Assembly (NCBI GenBank): GCA_011056555.1
Contig: DSEQ01000009.1
Span: 16,281-80,280, forward strand
Direction: 5' to 3'
DNA length: 64,000 nucleotides
DNA from: Candidatus Zixiibacteriota bacterium
Lineage (GTDB): Bacteria > Zixibacteria > MSB-5A5 > JAABVY01
Shown: positions 1 through 12,172 of the stretch, in pieces
Layout of the letters: every line of letters starts with the position of its first letter
How positions within the stretch are numbered: position 1 is the first letter of the stretch
Made by a program: the position numbers and the translations under genes
The notes under the pieces: generated by a model
What the model saw: only the letters and a program-made list of their open reading frames with translations
What the model was told of the DNA's origin: nothing
Database searches by the model: none

Positions 1-1330
1 CAAAGAATGTCACGAAAACCATGCGGAATGTGTATACTGCTGTAATAAACGCTCCAACTATTCCGGCCAGCCACAAAATCGGGCTCCCGCTGTCGGATGT
101 CCAGGCGCGCCACAAGATTAAATCCTTGCTGTAGAATCCGGCGGTTATCAGTGGCACCGCGGCAAGGGCGCCGCTTCCGATTAAGAAGGTCCAGAATGTC
201 AACGGCAGTTGTTTGCGCATCCCGCCCATCTTGAACATATTGTGCTCATGATGCAGACACATGATTAATGCTCCCGCTCCAAGAAACAGGAGCGCCTTAA
301 AGAAAGCATGGGTCATGAAATGGAACATGGCTGCCGAATACGCCCCCACACCCAGAGCCAGGAACATGTAGCCGATCTGGCTGATGGTAGAGTAGGCCAG
401 TACACGCTTTATGTCATGCTGTTTCAAAGCGCTGAATCCGGCGATTAATAATGTCGCCGCACCCACAATTGCAACCGCGGCCTGTGCGATCGGCGCAAGA
501 TCGAAGATCACATGAGTACGGGCAATCAAATACACACCGGCGGTCACCATAGTCGCGGCGTGAATCAGGGCGCTGACCGGCGAGGGACCGGCCATAGCAT
601 CCGGAAGCCATACCTGTAACGGCAGCTGGGCCGATTTTCCAACTGCTCCGCCCAGAAGCAGGAGCGCAACTGCAAGTGCAATTCCGGAGCCTGTCCCCCA
701 CTGCATCGAGGCGCTGCTCATTACTTCCTGAATATCGAGGCTGCCCAGATTCCAGAATAGCAGGAACAAGCCGATTGCCATTGCAGTATCGCCCACACGT
801 GTCGTTATGAATGCTTTTCTTGCCGCCGCGCCGTTGTAGGAATCCTTGTACCAGAAACCGATCAAAAGATAACTGCACAGGCCCACACCTTCCCATCCAA
901 GATACAGCAGCACAAGGTTATTTGCCAGTACCAGGGTCAGCATCGAGCCGACAAACAGGTTCATATAGGCAAAGAAACGGCTGAAGCCCTCATCATCTTC
1001 CATGAACTCCCAGGAATAAAGATGAATCAAGAAGCCGACAATAGTTACTACCAGCATCATTAAAAGCGAGAGCGCGTCCAGATGAAACGCTATCTCGGGC
1101 TGGAAATTGCCGACGCCGATCCATGTCCATAGCCTTTGCAGGAATAAGTCCCCCTCAGGGGGTGATGATATAAACTGAATACCAATCAGTACAGATATAA
1201 CAGCCGATATGCCGACCGAGCCCACGCCCAGCAGTCCGGAAACTGACTTCGGCATGCGCTTACCGAATACGGCCAGAATGGCAAAGCTGAAATATGGAAT
1301 AGCCGGTACCAGCCACAATAGACTCAGCAT
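1..1330 (-). CDS. nuoL: NADH-quinone oxidoreductase subunit L, 5' portion only; the ORF runs off the window edge, which is why it is absent from the ORF track
   Basis: Reverse-strand ATG at 1328-1330 abuts the nuoK stop. The translation begins MLSLLWLVPAIPYFSFAILAVFGKRMP..., a polytopic membrane protein typical of NuoL/ND5. It follows nuoK in canonical nuo order. Confidence 0.8.
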   Translation of the reverse strand, partial: MLSLLWLVPAIPYFSFAILAVFGKRMPKSVSGLLGVGSVGISAVISVLIGIQFISSPPEGDLFLQRLWTWIGVGNFQPEIAFHLDALSLLMMLVVTIVGFLIHLYSWEFMEDDEGFSRFFAYMNLFVGSMLTLVLANNLVLLYLGWEGVGLCSYLLIGFWYKDSYNGAAARKAFITTRVGDTAMAIGLFLLFWNLGSLDIQEVMSSASMQWGTGSGIALAVALLLLGGAVGKSAQLPLQVWLPDAMAGPSPVSALIHAATMVTAGVYLIARTHVIFDLAPIAQAAVAIVGAATLLIAGFSALKQHDIKRVLAYSTISQIGYMFLALGVGAYSAAMFHFMTHAFFKALLFLGAGALIMCLHHEHNMFKMGGMRKQLPLTFWTFLIGSGALAAVPLITAGFYSKDLILWRAWTSDSGSPILWLAGIVGAFITAVYTFRMVFVTFF

Positions 1331-1639
1331 CTATCCCCTCATCCTGCTCACCTGATCGGAATCAAGCGTCTTGAATTTACGGTACATAAGTAACACCAGT
1401 GCCAGCCCAACCGCCACCTCAGCCGCAGCCATAGCCAGGATGAACATAAACATGATCTGGCCCTCGGCCTGCGCCCATCTTGCGCCGGCCACCACAAAGG
1501 CCAAACCGGCAGCATTGAGCATAACCTCAATCGAGAGCAGCATGAAGATAATATTCCTGCGCACCAGAAGGCCGATCAATCCCAGCATAAACAGTACGGC
1601 CGCCAAAAGCAGCCCGTGTTCCATAGGAATTGCAGTCAT
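1331..1639 (-). CDS. nuoK: NADH-quinone oxidoreductase subunit K
   Basis: 102 aa with 3 TM helices, an ND4L-like sequence, and the expected position between nuoJ and nuoL. Confidence 0.9.
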   Translation of the reverse strand: MTAIPMEHGLLLAAVLFMLGLIGLLVRRNIIFMLLSIEVMLNAAGLAFVVAGARWAQAEGQIMFMFILAMAAAEVAVGLALVLLMYRKFKTLDSDQVSRMRG

Positions 1640-1679
1640 AATTTCTTTGCCGCTCCTCTTTTTATGTCTACATCAAAAA

Positions 1680-2174
1680 TCAATCTTCGTCCCTGCGTCC
1701 CAGATGAAAAGCTCCCACGAGTCCGGCCAATAAAAGCATTCCCGCCAGCTCAAGCCCGACTAGGTATGAGCTGTACAGGCCGATTCCGACGGCCTTGGGC
1801 CCGACCATCTCAAAACCGGCGGCACGGTTGGAACCGCTTGCCAGCATATAAACCAGTTCAATTCCAAGAATAGCCGCCAGAATGGCAGGACCCACGTACA
1901 TTCTCGGATTGACCCAGCTGCTTTCCAGTTCCGCGGCCTTTTTGCCCATATTCAGCATCATCATCACGAACACAAACAGCACCATAATCGCCCCCGCATA
2001 GATGATTACTTCCAGGGCGCCGATAAAAGGCGCACCCAGGGTGAAAAAGATCACCGCGACAGAAAGTAACGATACAATCAGGTACAGCAATGCGTGAACA
2101 GCATTCATGCGCGTTATAACCATCACGGTCGACAAAACCGCCACTGCCGATGAGATGTAGAAAATTATTGCCAT
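1680..2174 (-). CDS. nuoJ: NADH-quinone oxidoreductase subunit J
   Basis: 164-aa hydrophobic ND6-like protein in nuo operon order. Confidence 0.85.
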   Translation of the reverse strand: MAIIFYISSAVAVLSTVMVITRMNAVHALLYLIVSLLSVAVIFFTLGAPFIGALEVIIYAGAIMVLFVFVMMMLNMGKKAAELESSWVNPRMYVGPAILAAILGIELVYMLASGSNRAAGFEMVGPKAVGIGLYSSYLVGLELAGMLLLAGLVGAFHLGRRDED

Positions 2175-2202
2175 AAGTTAAACCGCCATCTGCCTATCTT
2201 AC

Positions 2203-2718
2203 TCAAGGCAGCAACTTCTTGAAGTCAATCGGTTCATCCTCATTTTCCGCCTCGCCCTTGTCCTTATCTTTGATTTTAAGCCCGGCAACCTTGTAAAAGT
2301 GATAACCGGGATATTTTCCCTCACCTGAAATCAGTAAGTCCTCTTTTTCATAGACCAGATTGGGACGCTCTGGTTCTGACATCTCGAAATCCGGGGTCAA
2401 CTGGATCGCATAGGTCGGGCAGGCCTCCTCGCACAGTCCGCAATAAATGCACCTGGAAAAATTTATCCGGAAAAATTCGGGATAGCGCCGGCCATGTTCG
2501 TCCTCGGTCGCCTGCAGTGAGATACAATCCACCGGGCAGGCCGCCGAACACAGATAGCAGGCCACACATCTTTCATCGCCGTCAGGATCGCGCGATAGAA
2601 TAATTCGTCCACGATACCGCGGACGCAGCTTTACCTTTTCATCCGGGTACTGTACAGTCTCACGCTTACCAAACATGTGCAGGATAACTGTCCAGATTGT
2701 CTTTATAATACTTATCAT
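2203..2718 (-). CDS. nuoI: NADH-quinone oxidoreductase subunit I (2x[4Fe-4S] ferredoxin-type)
   Basis: Two CxxCxxCxxxCP motifs ([12 protein letters not shown] and [12 protein letters not shown]). Confidence 0.9.
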   Translation of the reverse strand: MISIIKTIWTVILHMFGKRETVQYPDEKVKLRPRYRGRIILSRDPDGDERCVACYLCSAACPVDCISLQATEDEHGRRYPEFFRINFSRCIYCGLCEEACPTYAIQLTPDFEMSEPERPNLVYEKEDLLISGEGKYPGYHFYKVAGLKIKDKDKGEAENEDEPIDFKKLLP

Positions 2719-2727
2719 ATATTCTCC

Positions 2728-3690
2728 TCAATGCCCCTGTCTGACAGCAAGCAGAACCGCTCCTGTCACGACAAGATTCAGGATCGCCAACGGCAGCATG
2801 AGCTTCCAGCCCCACGACATAAGCTGATCGAAACGCGGACGGGGAAGCGAGGCCCGCAGCAATATGAAGAAACATATAAAGGCAAACAGCTTTATGAAAA
2901 ACCAGACTAGGGGCGGAAGAAACGGCCCATGCCATCCGCCCAGAAAAAATGTCGTGATGACTGCCGATATCAGTACAATGCCGATATATTCGCCCACAAA
3001 AAACATTCCGAACTTCATCCCCGAATACTCGGAATGAAATCCGGCCACAAGTTCGCTTTCCGCCTCGGGTATATCAAACGGCAGGCGATGCATCTCAGCC
3101 AGCCCCGCCACCGTGAAAACCACAAATCCAAAAAACTGCGGGACAATGTTCCACATGCCCGCCTGGGCATTTACAATCTCGCGCAGATTAAATGATCCCG
3201 CCATCGCTACAACTCCCAGAAGAGAAAGCCCCATGAATACCTCATAGCTGATCATCTGCGAGGCGGCCCTGAGCCCGCCCAGAAGGGAATATTTATTATT
3301 TGACGACCATCCGCCCAAAACAACGCTGTATGCTCCCAGTGACGACATCGCCAGAAAGAACAACACGCCGACATTGATATCCATCACTCCGATACCCGGC
3401 GCGATCGGAATCACAGCAAACGACATCAGGACTGTCAGCATGATTATTCCCGGAGCGATAAAGAAAACAAACTTATCGGCAAAGGGAGGTATCCAGTCCT
3501 CCTTGAAAAAAATCTTAATCATATCGGCTATCACCTGAAATATACCGAATGGTCCTACGCGGTTGGGGCCGTAACGGTCCTGCCACAGCGCCAGGAGACG
3601 GCGCTCGAGCCAGATTAATCCGGGCGCAAGCGTAAATACGCCCAGAAGTATGCCGATTGCTGTTAATGCTGACCAGTCTAAATTAATCAT
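2728..3690 (-). CDS. nuoH: NADH-quinone oxidoreductase subunit H
   Basis: 320-aa polytopic ND1-like protein in operon order. Confidence 0.9.
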   Translation of the reverse strand: MINLDWSALTAIGILLGVFTLAPGLIWLERRLLALWQDRYGPNRVGPFGIFQVIADMIKIFFKEDWIPPFADKFVFFIAPGIIMLTVLMSFAVIPIAPGIGVMDINVGVLFFLAMSSLGAYSVVLGGWSSNNKYSLLGGLRAASQMISYEVFMGLSLLGVVAMAGSFNLREIVNAQAGMWNIVPQFFGFVVFTVAGLAEMHRLPFDIPEAESELVAGFHSEYSGMKFGMFFVGEYIGIVLISAVITTFFLGGWHGPFLPPLVWFFIKLFAFICFFILLRASLPRPRFDQLMSWGWKLMLPLAILNLVVTGAVLLAVRQGH

Positions 3691-3691
3691 A

Positions 3692-6388
3692 TCATTTCGC
3701 TATTTTGCCGAATGCGGGCAATTCAAAGTAGTTCATGCCGGGCAGGCCGACCGGAATACCCGCAATATTATCCGGAAGACTGTTCATAATTTTTACCGGC
3801 AGACTGATTTGACCATCCTTTATACTTACCTTGACTTTATCCCTTGAACTCACACCTGTCTTTTCAGCGCTCCTTTTGTTCAATGCCAGGTATGCATCCG
3901 GCACAAGCTCCGAAACGGCCTCGGCTTCATTGCTCAATTCCTCACTTCCGAAGATATGATATAACGGCACGAAATAGAACTCATCCTGACGAGGTTTGAA
4001 GGCATCAGGAATAGTCTTGAAGTATTCCGGCTTGGCATGATCTCCGGGCTCGATTAATCGAACACCCGGATCGCCGCCCTTCAGCTCACCCGCAACTTCC
4101 TGTTGATACCTGGCCACCGACTGCACCGAATTCCATCCCGGCGCCCAGAAGAAAGAAATCAGCGATGAGGGCCTCGGGCCGGCAAAACCTTCCATCGAAA
4201 ACGACAAAGGCGAATCGGGATCATCCGGCGGCTTTGGTTCATGCACACTTTTATCAGCATACATTGCAGTGCGGCCGCTGTATCTCATGGGTGCACGAGG
4301 AATTTTCTGCTCATTAATTCTGAAATTTGCCGAGGGCGCAATTTCAATCTTCGGATTAATTCCCTCAAGACTATTTAAAACGGCATCACTTATATCATCC
4401 AGTGCTTTCCATTTTTCAGCTTTTTTGTCATCCAGCTTTATCATGATATCACGAATCCATCGCCAGCTTTCCTGAAGAATCGGATCCGGGTTCAGTGCCT
4501 GGAAGAAACGCTGCACCCTTCCTTCATTATTTATCAACGTCCCATCACCCTCGGCAAATGCAGCCGCAGGCAAAATGGCAGAGGCCCCTTCACTGGTTCT
4601 ATTTTTCAAATAATCCACGACAATTAGATTTGCGCATTTTTCCAAAAATTTATCTACTTGTGTTTTATCAGCATGCCGATACAAATCACTCTCAAGAATA
4701 ATAACCGTATCGGCAGTACCATTTTCCACATCTTCAAAGGCCTTTTCGAGATCGTACCCGCCCAAAAAAGCAGTACCCATGCTGTTGCATTCAGGTAAGG
4801 TATAAACTATATCAGCCTTCCTGTCATCCCTACAAAGTGCCCGGGCAACATTGGCGGCGGCCTCGATCACAGCCTCGCTTCGCATGCTCATACCGGAGAT
4901 TAGCACCGGCTGTCTGGCGTTTTTCAGTGCCCCGGCAATTTCTTCGGCCATGGTCTTTATTTCATCGGGAAGACCCTCAACCGCAGGCGATGATTCATCC
5001 AGTGCATGCGCCACAGCGTAACCAAGACGCGCTATGTCGTCAGGGGCGGCACGATATGTTTTGGCCGCGAATTCGTCCAGTTTGGTCCAGGACGGCGTGG
5101 CCAGATAAAACGGCCCTTTCTCATCCTGCAGGTATTCGCGGATCGCAGCGTCGTTCCACCTGTCGATATGTATCTGCTGAATATCATCGATCGGCTTGTT
5201 CCGTATGGCCTGCTTGACCGCCAGATCCAGCATCGGCGCAGTATTTGTCAAATCCTCTCCCAGTACAAAAACAGCATCGGCCGTTTCGACATCATGAAGA
5301 GAGGCCGGCCGCGCAGGACCATTTCTCAAAATACTTAATATTTTTCGGGCAAGTTTATTCTCCCTGGCAGATAAACCGGAATAGAAATTGTGCTCGCCCA
5401 CCATGCTTTTCAAAGCGAAATTTGCTTCCAGGCTTGCGCGAGGTGATCCTATGCCAATTACTTTGCTCCTGTCCTTCAATAATTCAGAGGTTTTTGCGGC
5501 GGCAGAGTCTCGATCAAAATCTTCAACCTTACCCTCAAATATCGGTTTTCTAATCCTCTTGTTGCTATTGGTAAATTCGTAGCCGAATCTTCCGCGATCA
5601 CACATAAAGTAGCCGTTAACCCGTCGGTTATACCTGTTCAATATCCGCACCGCTTTGTTGTATCTTTCGCCCACCAGCGTATTGCATCCCAGGCTGCAGT
5701 GATGACATACAGACGGCGCGCTCTGCAAATCCCATTTGCGGGTGTAATGCTTTTTCAATGTTTTGTCCGTGAATACTCCTGTGGGACACACCTCTACCAA
5801 ATTACCGCTGAATTCGCTTTGCAGTATGCCCTCTTCACTTCGTCCAAAATAGACATAATCATGCGAGGCCATATCCTGCAAATCCTTGCCGCCCGCATAA
5901 TCCCGGTAAAACCTTACACAGCGATAACAGGCAATACAGCGGTTCATCTCGTGATTTATAAACGGCCCGAGATATTGGTTTCTGTGTGTACGTTTCTTGA
6001 AGCGGAACTTACGATAATTATGTCCGGTCATTACGGTCATATCCTGCAGGTGGCATTCGCCGCCCTCGTCGCAAACCGGGCAGTCATGCGGATGGTTCAC
6101 CATCAGCCATTCGATAATACTGGCCCGGAACTTGCGCGCAGCGGCGGCTTCAATCGAAATTCTCATCCCGTCCTGCACCGGCTGCATACAGGCCATAATC
6201 AGATTGCCCTCTTTATCATCCTCATCCCTGTACTGGATCACCGCACACTGCCGGCAGGCACCCACAGAACCAAGCGCCGGGTGCCAGCAGAAATAGGGCA
6301 AATTAAGGCCGAGCGATAGAACGGCCTGCAGAAGGTTCTGGCCCTTTTCGACCTCGTATGATTTATCATCTATGTAAATAGTAACCAT
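3692..6388 (-). CDS. nuoG: NADH-quinone oxidoreductase subunit G (75-kDa subunit, long form with molybdopterin-oxidoreductase-like domain)
   Basis: 898 aa. The N-terminus has 2Fe-2S and 4Fe-4S cysteine motifs ([15 protein letters not shown] and [10 protein letters not shown]), and the protein is in operon order. Confidence 0.9.
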   Translation of the reverse strand: MVTIYIDDKSYEVEKGQNLLQAVLSLGLNLPYFCWHPALGSVGACRQCAVIQYRDEDDKEGNLIMACMQPVQDGMRISIEAAAARKFRASIIEWLMVNHPHDCPVCDEGGECHLQDMTVMTGHNYRKFRFKKRTHRNQYLGPFINHEMNRCIACYRCVRFYRDYAGGKDLQDMASHDYVYFGRSEEGILQSEFSGNLVEVCPTGVFTDKTLKKHYTRKWDLQSAPSVCHHCSLGCNTLVGERYNKAVRILNRYNRRVNGYFMCDRGRFGYEFTNSNKRIRKPIFEGKVEDFDRDSAAAKTSELLKDRSKVIGIGSPRASLEANFALKSMVGEHNFYSGLSARENKLARKILSILRNGPARPASLHDVETADAVFVLGEDLTNTAPMLDLAVKQAIRNKPIDDIQQIHIDRWNDAAIREYLQDEKGPFYLATPSWTKLDEFAAKTYRAAPDDIARLGYAVAHALDESSPAVEGLPDEIKTMAEEIAGALKNARQPVLISGMSMRSEAVIEAAANVARALCRDDRKADIVYTLPECNSMGTAFLGGYDLEKAFEDVENGTADTVIILESDLYRHADKTQVDKFLEKCANLIVVDYLKNRTSEGASAILPAAAFAEGDGTLINNEGRVQRFFQALNPDPILQESWRWIRDIMIKLDDKKAEKWKALDDISDAVLNSLEGINPKIEIAPSANFRINEQKIPRAPMRYSGRTAMYADKSVHEPKPPDDPDSPLSFSMEGFAGPRPSSLISFFWAPGWNSVQSVARYQQEVAGELKGGDPGVRLIEPGDHAKPEYFKTIPDAFKPRQDEFYFVPLYHIFGSEELSNEAEAVSELVPDAYLALNKRSAEKTGVSSRDKVKVSIKDGQISLPVKIMNSLPDNIAGIPVGLPGMNYFELPAFGKIAK

Positions 6389-6391
6389 ATC

Positions 6392-7669
6392 TTACTTTCT
6401 CCAGGGACACTGCTTATCCTTGATGTGTTTCTCGAAGTCATCTCGAAAGTATTTCAATGCGCTCTGCAATGGTTCCACCGCACCAGGCGCCAGCGCGCAG
6501 AATGTCCTGCCGGGGCCCAGGAAGTTGCAATGCAGCTCGAGCTGCTCCAGGTCCTCCATGCGTCCCTCGCCGTTTTCGATAGCCATCAGCATCTTATGCG
6601 TCCACGGGAGCCCATCACGGCAGGGCGTGCACCATCCGCAGGATTCCTGTGCGAAAAACTTTTCGAGGTTCACAAGCATCGCCACCGGACAGGTTTTATC
6701 ATCCAGAATGATCATCGTCCCGGTACCCATCCTGCTTCCAACCTTCATAATGGAACCAAAATCCATCGGTGTATCCAGATGCTCCTCCACCAGAAAATCT
6801 GTCGAGGCCCCGCCGGGGAGAAGGCCCTTGAATTTGTATCCATCCCGCATCCCGCCGGCATGCTCCTCCAGAATCTCCCGCACAGTCGTCCCCATCGGAA
6901 GCTCCCATGCTCCCGGCCTTTTCACCCTCCCGCTCACGCCGTAAATCTTGGTACCTCCGTCGCCGGTTTTGCTGAGCTTTTTGTACCAGTCGGCGCCATT
7001 GACAATAATGCCCGGCACATTGCAGAGCGTCTCAACATTCTGCACAATCGACGGCTTTCCCCAGAGCCCGCTGGTCTGGGGGAAGGGTGGCTTGGCGCGG
7101 GGAGTGGCACGTTTGCCCTCCAGCGCATTCAAAAGCCCTGTCTCCTCACCGCACATGTAGCGTCCGGCGGAAACATGAATATACATCTCCAGATCATAGC
7201 CGCTGCCGAGAATATTCTTACCGAGATATCCCGCCTCATATGCCTCTGCAATCGCTTTCCGCAGCAGTTCCTCCGACCGCTTGTAAGCCCAGCGCAAAAA
7301 GATATATGCGGCGCGGGCCTGAATTGCATATGACGAGATTATCATGCCCTCGATCAGGAGATGCGGATCGCCCTCCATCAAGATTCTATCCTTGAATGTG
7401 CCCGGCTCCATCTCGTCGGCATTGGCGATCAGATACTTTGTTCTGGGAGCCTCATCACCCATCGGCACAAAGCTCCACTTCATGCCGGTGCCGAAACCGG
7501 CTCCGCCTCTGCCTCGAAGGTTGGCGTCGGTAACCTCCTCCTGCACCTTCTGCGGGGACATCTCCCTCAATGCCTTTTTGAACCCTGCGTAACCTCCGGC
7601 CCTTTCATAGCCCCTGATATCAAGAGGTCCGCGCTCGGGATCAATATTTTTTGTCAGCGGTTTTTCCAT
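6392..7669 (-). CDS. nuoF: NADH-quinone oxidoreductase subunit F (51-kDa, FMN/NADH-binding)
   Basis: GRGGAGFGTG glycine-rich motif and a C-terminal 4Fe-4S cysteine motif (ESCGWCTPCRDG). Confidence 0.92.
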   Translation of the reverse strand: MEKPLTKNIDPERGPLDIRGYERAGGYAGFKKALREMSPQKVQEEVTDANLRGRGGAGFGTGMKWSFVPMGDEAPRTKYLIANADEMEPGTFKDRILMEGDPHLLIEGMIISSYAIQARAAYIFLRWAYKRSEELLRKAIAEAYEAGYLGKNILGSGYDLEMYIHVSAGRYMCGEETGLLNALEGKRATPRAKPPFPQTSGLWGKPSIVQNVETLCNVPGIIVNGADWYKKLSKTGDGGTKIYGVSGRVKRPGAWELPMGTTVREILEEHAGGMRDGYKFKGLLPGGASTDFLVEEHLDTPMDFGSIMKVGSRMGTGTMIILDDKTCPVAMLVNLEKFFAQESCGWCTPCRDGLPWTHKMLMAIENGEGRMEDLEQLELHCNFLGPGRTFCALAPGAVEPLQSALKYFRDDFEKHIKDKQCPWRK

Positions 7670-7671
7670 TT

Positions 7672-8136
7672 TTATTTCAGCTTATCAATGATTTCATCAA
7701 TTCTTTCAGGGGTCAGATCCCCATATGTTTCCCTGTCGATTATCATGGCCGGGGCCCTCTCACATACCCCCAGGCACGGGATTGTCAGAAGAGTAAACTT
7801 GCCGTCTGCGGTGGTCTCGCCCAGGTCAATCCCCAGCTTTTTTTTCAGATGGTCCAGAACGGTATCATATCCCATAATCCAGCAGCTCACACTATCGCAA
7901 ATCAGGATTACATGCTCCCCCACCTCGCGCCTGAATATCAGGCTGTAGAATGTCGCCACGCTGTCGAGTGCATCCAGGGACATCTCAAGATATTCAGCCA
8001 GATCCTTGAGGCTATCGTCGGAAACCCATCTGCGATGACGCTGGATAATCTTGAGCGCCTCGATCACAACCGCCTGCCTGGTCGGGCTGTGAGAGAGCTC
8101 CTGGTCTATCTCCTTCTTTTCTTCTTCACTCAGCAT
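7672..8136 (-). CDS. nuoE: NADH-quinone oxidoreductase subunit E (24-kDa, thioredoxin-like 2Fe-2S)
   Basis: 154 aa with cysteines in ICDSVSCW ... CLGVCERAP. Confidence 0.9.
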   Translation of the reverse strand: MLSEEEKKEIDQELSHSPTRQAVVIEALKIIQRHRRWVSDDSLKDLAEYLEMSLDALDSVATFYSLIFRREVGEHVILICDSVSCWIMGYDTVLDHLKKKLGIDLGETTADGKFTLLTIPCLGVCERAPAMIIDRETYGDLTPERIDEIIDKLK

Positions 8137-8151
8137 TCATCCAATTCCTCA

Positions 8152-9912
8152 TCATCTGTCCACATCCGCCAGTACAAAATCGATACTTCCCAGGATCGAG
8201 AGCACATCCGCCACAGTCTCGCCCCTTGAAATATAGGGCACCATCTGGATATGCGGGAACGACGGCGCTCGTATTCTTGTGCGGTAAGAAATCGTATTCC
8301 CATCCGAGATCAAATAATAGCCGTTTACCCCTTTGGATGCCTCAACCGCCGCATGAGCCTCGCCCGGCGGAATAACCGGCCCCCAGCTGACGCCCAGAAA
8401 ATGCGTGATCAAAGTCTCGATATCGTGCATGGTTCTGTCTTTTCTCGGTGGAGTTGTCAGGGGATGGTCCGATTTATAATGGCCCTCGGGCATATTCTCC
8501 AGGCACTGCCGGATTATCCTCAAACTCTGGCGCATTTCCTCCACACGAACAAGCGCACGATCATAGCAATCTCCGTGGTCGGCAGTGGGAATATCAAACT
8601 CGAACTGGTCTATACCCGAGTATGGCCTCTTCTTGCGGTAGTCCCATTCGAGTCCTGTGGCACGCAGACCCGACCCGGTCACGCCCCATTCAATCGCCTC
8701 TTCGGTATTATATGCGCCGATACCGACGGTGCGGGCCTTGAAAATCCTGTTCTTCATGACCATGGTATCATACTCTTTAAGCCTCTTGGGCATATACTCC
8801 AGAAACTCTTTTAGCATTTCATCCCAGCCCTTTGGCAGGTCCGCCGCCGTACCGCCGATCCTGAACCAGCTTGGATGCATCCTTCCGCCCGTGACCGCCT
8901 CCACAATCTGGAAAATCCGTTCACGGTCATTGAACATGAAAAAGACCGGGGAAAGAGCCCCCAGATCCTGGGCAAAGGTTCCATACCACACAAGATGACT
9001 GGCAATACGAAACAGCTCGGTCATCATGATCCGGATCACCTGAGCTCGCTGCGGGACCTCGATTCCGGCCAGCTTCTCGACCGCCATCACATAGGGGAAA
9101 TTGTTCATCACTCCCCCCAGATAGTCAATGCGGTCGGTGTATGGTATATATGTATGCCATGACTGCCGCTCGCCCATCTTCTCCGCTCCGCGGTGATGAA
9201 ACCCGATGTCGGGAACGATATCGACAATCATCTCGCCATCGATCTGCAGTATCAGACGCAGGACGCCGTGGGTGCCCGGATGCTGGGGGCCGAGATTGAG
9301 GAACATAAATTCCGTGTCCTCGCTCTCGCGTTTCATACCCCATTCCTCGGGCTTGAACCGCATCGCCTCCTGTTCACGGTCCTGTTTTTCCTGAGGAAGC
9401 GAAAACTGGCCCATCTCTGTGGCTCGCGCGGGGTGCTCCTTGCGAAGGGGATGGCCCTCCCATGTCCAGGGCATCAGGATTCGGCGCAGGTTCGGATGAC
9501 CGTCGAATTTAATGCCGAACATATCATAAACTTCACGCTCGTACCAGTTGGCGTTGTGCCACATATGAGTAATCGTATCGATTGAAGGATATTTGCCGTC
9601 AAGGGCGGTTTTTATTCTGATATCTTCGTTGCGGTCAACCGAGAGCAGGTGGTACACTACCGTAAAAGCGCCATCCGGCTGGCCGTTGCGATTCTGGCGG
9701 GAACGCTCATCGATCGCAGTAAGATCATAAAGCATCCTGTAAGGCCTTTCCGCCTCATCTTTGAGATACTGCAGGACACTACGGACATCAGCCTTATCTA
9801 CCCAGAACGTGGGAATTCCGTCTTTGCTCCGCTGGGGGGCAATTCTGGCATCCCGAAAACGTTCAATCAGATCCAGCTCAATCTGCGGCTCTTTCATATT
9901 CTTTTGATTCAT
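8152..9912 (-). CDS. nuoC: NADH-quinone oxidoreductase subunits C and D fused (NuoCD)
   Basis: 586 aa. The N-terminal ~190 aa are 30-kDa-subunit-like and the C-terminal ~390 aa are 49-kDa-subunit-like. The protein lies between nuoB and nuoE. Confidence 0.9.
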   Translation of the reverse strand: MNQKNMKEPQIELDLIERFRDARIAPQRSKDGIPTFWVDKADVRSVLQYLKDEAERPYRMLYDLTAIDERSRQNRNGQPDGAFTVVYHLLSVDRNEDIRIKTALDGKYPSIDTITHMWHNANWYEREVYDMFGIKFDGHPNLRRILMPWTWEGHPLRKEHPARATEMGQFSLPQEKQDREQEAMRFKPEEWGMKRESEDTEFMFLNLGPQHPGTHGVLRLILQIDGEMIVDIVPDIGFHHRGAEKMGERQSWHTYIPYTDRIDYLGGVMNNFPYVMAVEKLAGIEVPQRAQVIRIMMTELFRIASHLVWYGTFAQDLGALSPVFFMFNDRERIFQIVEAVTGGRMHPSWFRIGGTAADLPKGWDEMLKEFLEYMPKRLKEYDTMVMKNRIFKARTVGIGAYNTEEAIEWGVTGSGLRATGLEWDYRKKRPYSGIDQFEFDIPTADHGDCYDRALVRVEEMRQSLRIIRQCLENMPEGHYKSDHPLTTPPRKDRTMHDIETLITHFLGVSWGPVIPPGEAHAAVEASKGVNGYYLISDGNTISYRTRIRAPSFPHIQMVPYISRGETVADVLSILGSIDFVLADVDR

Positions 9913-9921
9913 AAAAGTCAG

Positions 9922-10563
9922 CTAAATTTGATCAGGCGTACGTAAATCCTTTATCTTTCTTCTCTCTTCGCGCTTTAGATCCCGCCGTGCCGGAAGCTTG
10001 CCTTTCTCGACTCCCTGCGGGCCGATCACCCAGCTCAGGGGGCGCTTTTCCCTGCCGACCGATTCACGCAGGAGCAGCAGCCCTTCCATGAAAGCCTCAG
10101 GTCTGGGCGGACATCCGGGGACATAGATATCCACAGGCATAAACTTGTCCACTCCCTGTACAACGCTGTAGATATCATACATCCCGCCGGAATTGGCGCA
10201 GGAACCCATAGAGATAACCCATCTCGGCTCCATCATCTGATCATACAAACGCCTCACTATGGGCGCCATCTTGATAAAGACCGTTCCGGCAACTATCATA
10301 ACATCCGCTTCACGAGGTGTGCCCCGGATAACCTCTGCTCCGAAACGGGCGATGTCGAACTTACTGGTGAGGCTGGTGGCCATCTCCACAAAACAGCAGG
10401 ACAGGCCGAATGAAAACGGCCACATGGAATTTTTGCGTCCCCATGCGATCAGGTCCTGAAGACGCGAGAGCACCAAGCTCTTTTGAATCGATTTCTGAAA
10501 AGAATCATCAGCCATTTCGTCCGGATGAATTCCGGAGTCCGATAATTTGTGTATCTTGTTCAT
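9922..10563 (-). CDS. nuoB: NADH-quinone oxidoreductase subunit B (20-kDa, N2 cluster)
   Basis: Motifs [15 protein letters not shown] and VPGCPP. Confidence 0.9.
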   Translation of the reverse strand: MNKIHKLSDSGIHPDEMADDSFQKSIQKSLVLSRLQDLIAWGRKNSMWPFSFGLSCCFVEMATSLTSKFDIARFGAEVIRGTPREADVMIVAGTVFIKMAPIVRRLYDQMMEPRWVISMGSCANSGGMYDIYSVVQGVDKFMPVDIYVPGCPPRPEAFMEGLLLLRESVGREKRPLSWVIGPQGVEKGKLPARRDLKREERRKIKDLRTPDQI

Positions 10564-10565
10564 AT

Positions 10566-10979
10566 CTAAAAATCACCTCTTTGCCGATATTTTCCTGCAG
10601 ACTGGCCTATCCAGTCCAGCGCGCCCATGCGCCACTCATAAACAAGCCCTGCCACCAGTATGGCCAGAAATACAAGCAGTGCTGTATAACCCGGCCATCC
10701 CAGCTCCACCGCACCTACGGCCCAGGCGAAGATGAATACAACTTCCAGGTCGAAAATTACAAACAGCATTGCAACAAGATAGAATTTGGCTGAAAACCTT
10801 ATGCGTGCGGATTCGGTGGTCTTTATTCCCGATTCATAGGGCTCATTGGTCTCGTGATCAGTGTGACGCTGCCCCAGGATATAAGACAGCCCATACATGA
10901 CGGCTAATACAAACAGGACTCCCAGAGTGTATACCAGGAAAGGCAGGATGTTCAGAGTCTGATGCCAGAACGCATCCAA
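10566..10979 (-). CDS. nuoA: NADH-quinone oxidoreductase subunit A
   Basis: 137 aa with 3 TM helices. It is the first gene of the operon and has an AAAGGAG SD upstream. Confidence 0.85.
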   Translation of the reverse strand: MDAFWHQTLNILPFLVYTLGVLFVLAVMYGLSYILGQRHTDHETNEPYESGIKTTESARIRFSAKFYLVAMLFVIFDLEVVFIFAWAVGAVELGWPGYTALLVFLAILVAGLVYEWRMGALDWIGQSAGKYRQRGDF

Positions 10980-11313
10980 GCTGCAAACTCCTTTTGTTTT
11001 GTGATCAAATTCACATGACTGAATGCGGAAACGAAATACTCAAAAAATCATCAGCATTTTAATGTGAATTTGCTCATGGCAACCGGAAGCTGCATTATTT
11101 TCAAGCCCTTTACTTTTATTGATGGCACCGGTATAAACTGGTGCTCCTCTTTGAATTCAAAAACAGAACCCGGTCTCAAAGTGTTCCAGATAATACCCGC
11201 TTTTAAAACTTACGTTGGCACTTGACAGCACGAATAAGTCGGTTCTATTATCTCTGATTATAAAACATCGGAGGCATTATTGCAAGTATAATGGGGGAAA
11301 AAAGATAGGATGT

Positions 11314-12060
11314 TTACCTTATTCTGTGACGCACCCACAGATTGGGCTCGGTATAAATACCGACGTTTTTCGCCTCATCAATTACAAGGGGCTGCATGCC
11401 CCCTTTTATGGTGTAATCACCGCTTTCGGGAAATTTCATGTCCGTCCATTCCTCCCATTCAGATAAAGTACCCGTAACGGTTATAGATTTGTCCATAATT
11501 TTAATTATCTCGCCACCCAGTCTCAAATGTATGCGGATCCAGGGATCGAATGTTTCTCCATTTTCGGCCTTTTTATCGATATATTCATCAAAGGGCATTG
11601 AAGGGTAGTTGCTCTTCAATGTGGGTCGGAGAGGAGCAAGCAGATTCCCCATACCATATTTTTTTCCAAGCCATATCATGGCCTTAATCATCCTGGCACT
11701 TAACTTCTCATTTCTGAAATCGGGGTGAATCATTATAGCCAGAGCTGAAATGCTGTCGGGTTTACTTTTGACTTGACGATCCCGGAATGCTCGATGCATA
11801 AGTGCATCGAGGCTCGAGGGAAGATCATCAGGCGAGCCATCCCACCTGAGGGGTACTGTATGCCCGGCGGCAATTACTCTATCGTCATCCAAAACAAAAG
11901 CGATCTGATATTGGGCGAATACATTGAATAATGAACTCCAGTAGCGCACATCCCCATGCAGCAAAAACTTCGGCCACGACAATTCACTGAGTTTGTCAAT
12001 CTCGTGCTTCAAATTGGGTTTTTGATCCAGAGTGATGATGTCAAATTCATGAACCGGCAT
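11314..12060 (-). CDS. hypothetical protein, possible GNAT-fold acyltransferase
   Basis: 248-aa ORF. The segment ALAIMIHPDFRNEKLSARMIKAM is loosely GNAT motif-A-like. No strong identification. Confidence 0.4.
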   Translation of the reverse strand: MPVHEFDIITLDQKPNLKHEIDKLSELSWPKFLLHGDVRYWSSLFNVFAQYQIAFVLDDDRVIAAGHTVPLRWDGSPDDLPSSLDALMHRAFRDRQVKSKPDSISALAIMIHPDFRNEKLSARMIKAMIWLGKKYGMGNLLAPLRPTLKSNYPSMPFDEYIDKKAENGETFDPWIRIHLRLGGEIIKIMDKSITVTGTLSEWEEWTDMKFPESGDYTIKGGMQPLVIDEAKNVGIYTEPNLWVRHRIR

Positions 12061-12172
12061 CTGCAGCTCTACTTGGACTGAGCGAAAGAAATTTCACATA
12101 CTGTCAGTTCTCATCCCTTCTTCAAAGGGACGGGAACTAAACTTTTTAAGCCTCTATTATTCAGATCGTAAG

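Noticed and set aside
1371-7948. Numerous ORF-track entries on the plus strand, or in alternate minus frames, inside the nuo genes (e.g. 414-896, 1371-1733, 4837-5217, 5699-6319, 6425-7333, 7361-7948)
   Set aside because: They lie antisense to, or out of frame within, long well-supported complex I genes and have low-complexity or Arg/Ser-rich translations. They are shadow ORFs.
11217-11250. Plus-strand TTGACA-N18-TATTAT promoter-like sequence
   Set aside because: No plus-strand gene lies downstream, since the next gene is on the minus strand. It is likely fortuitous or part of divergent control of nuo.
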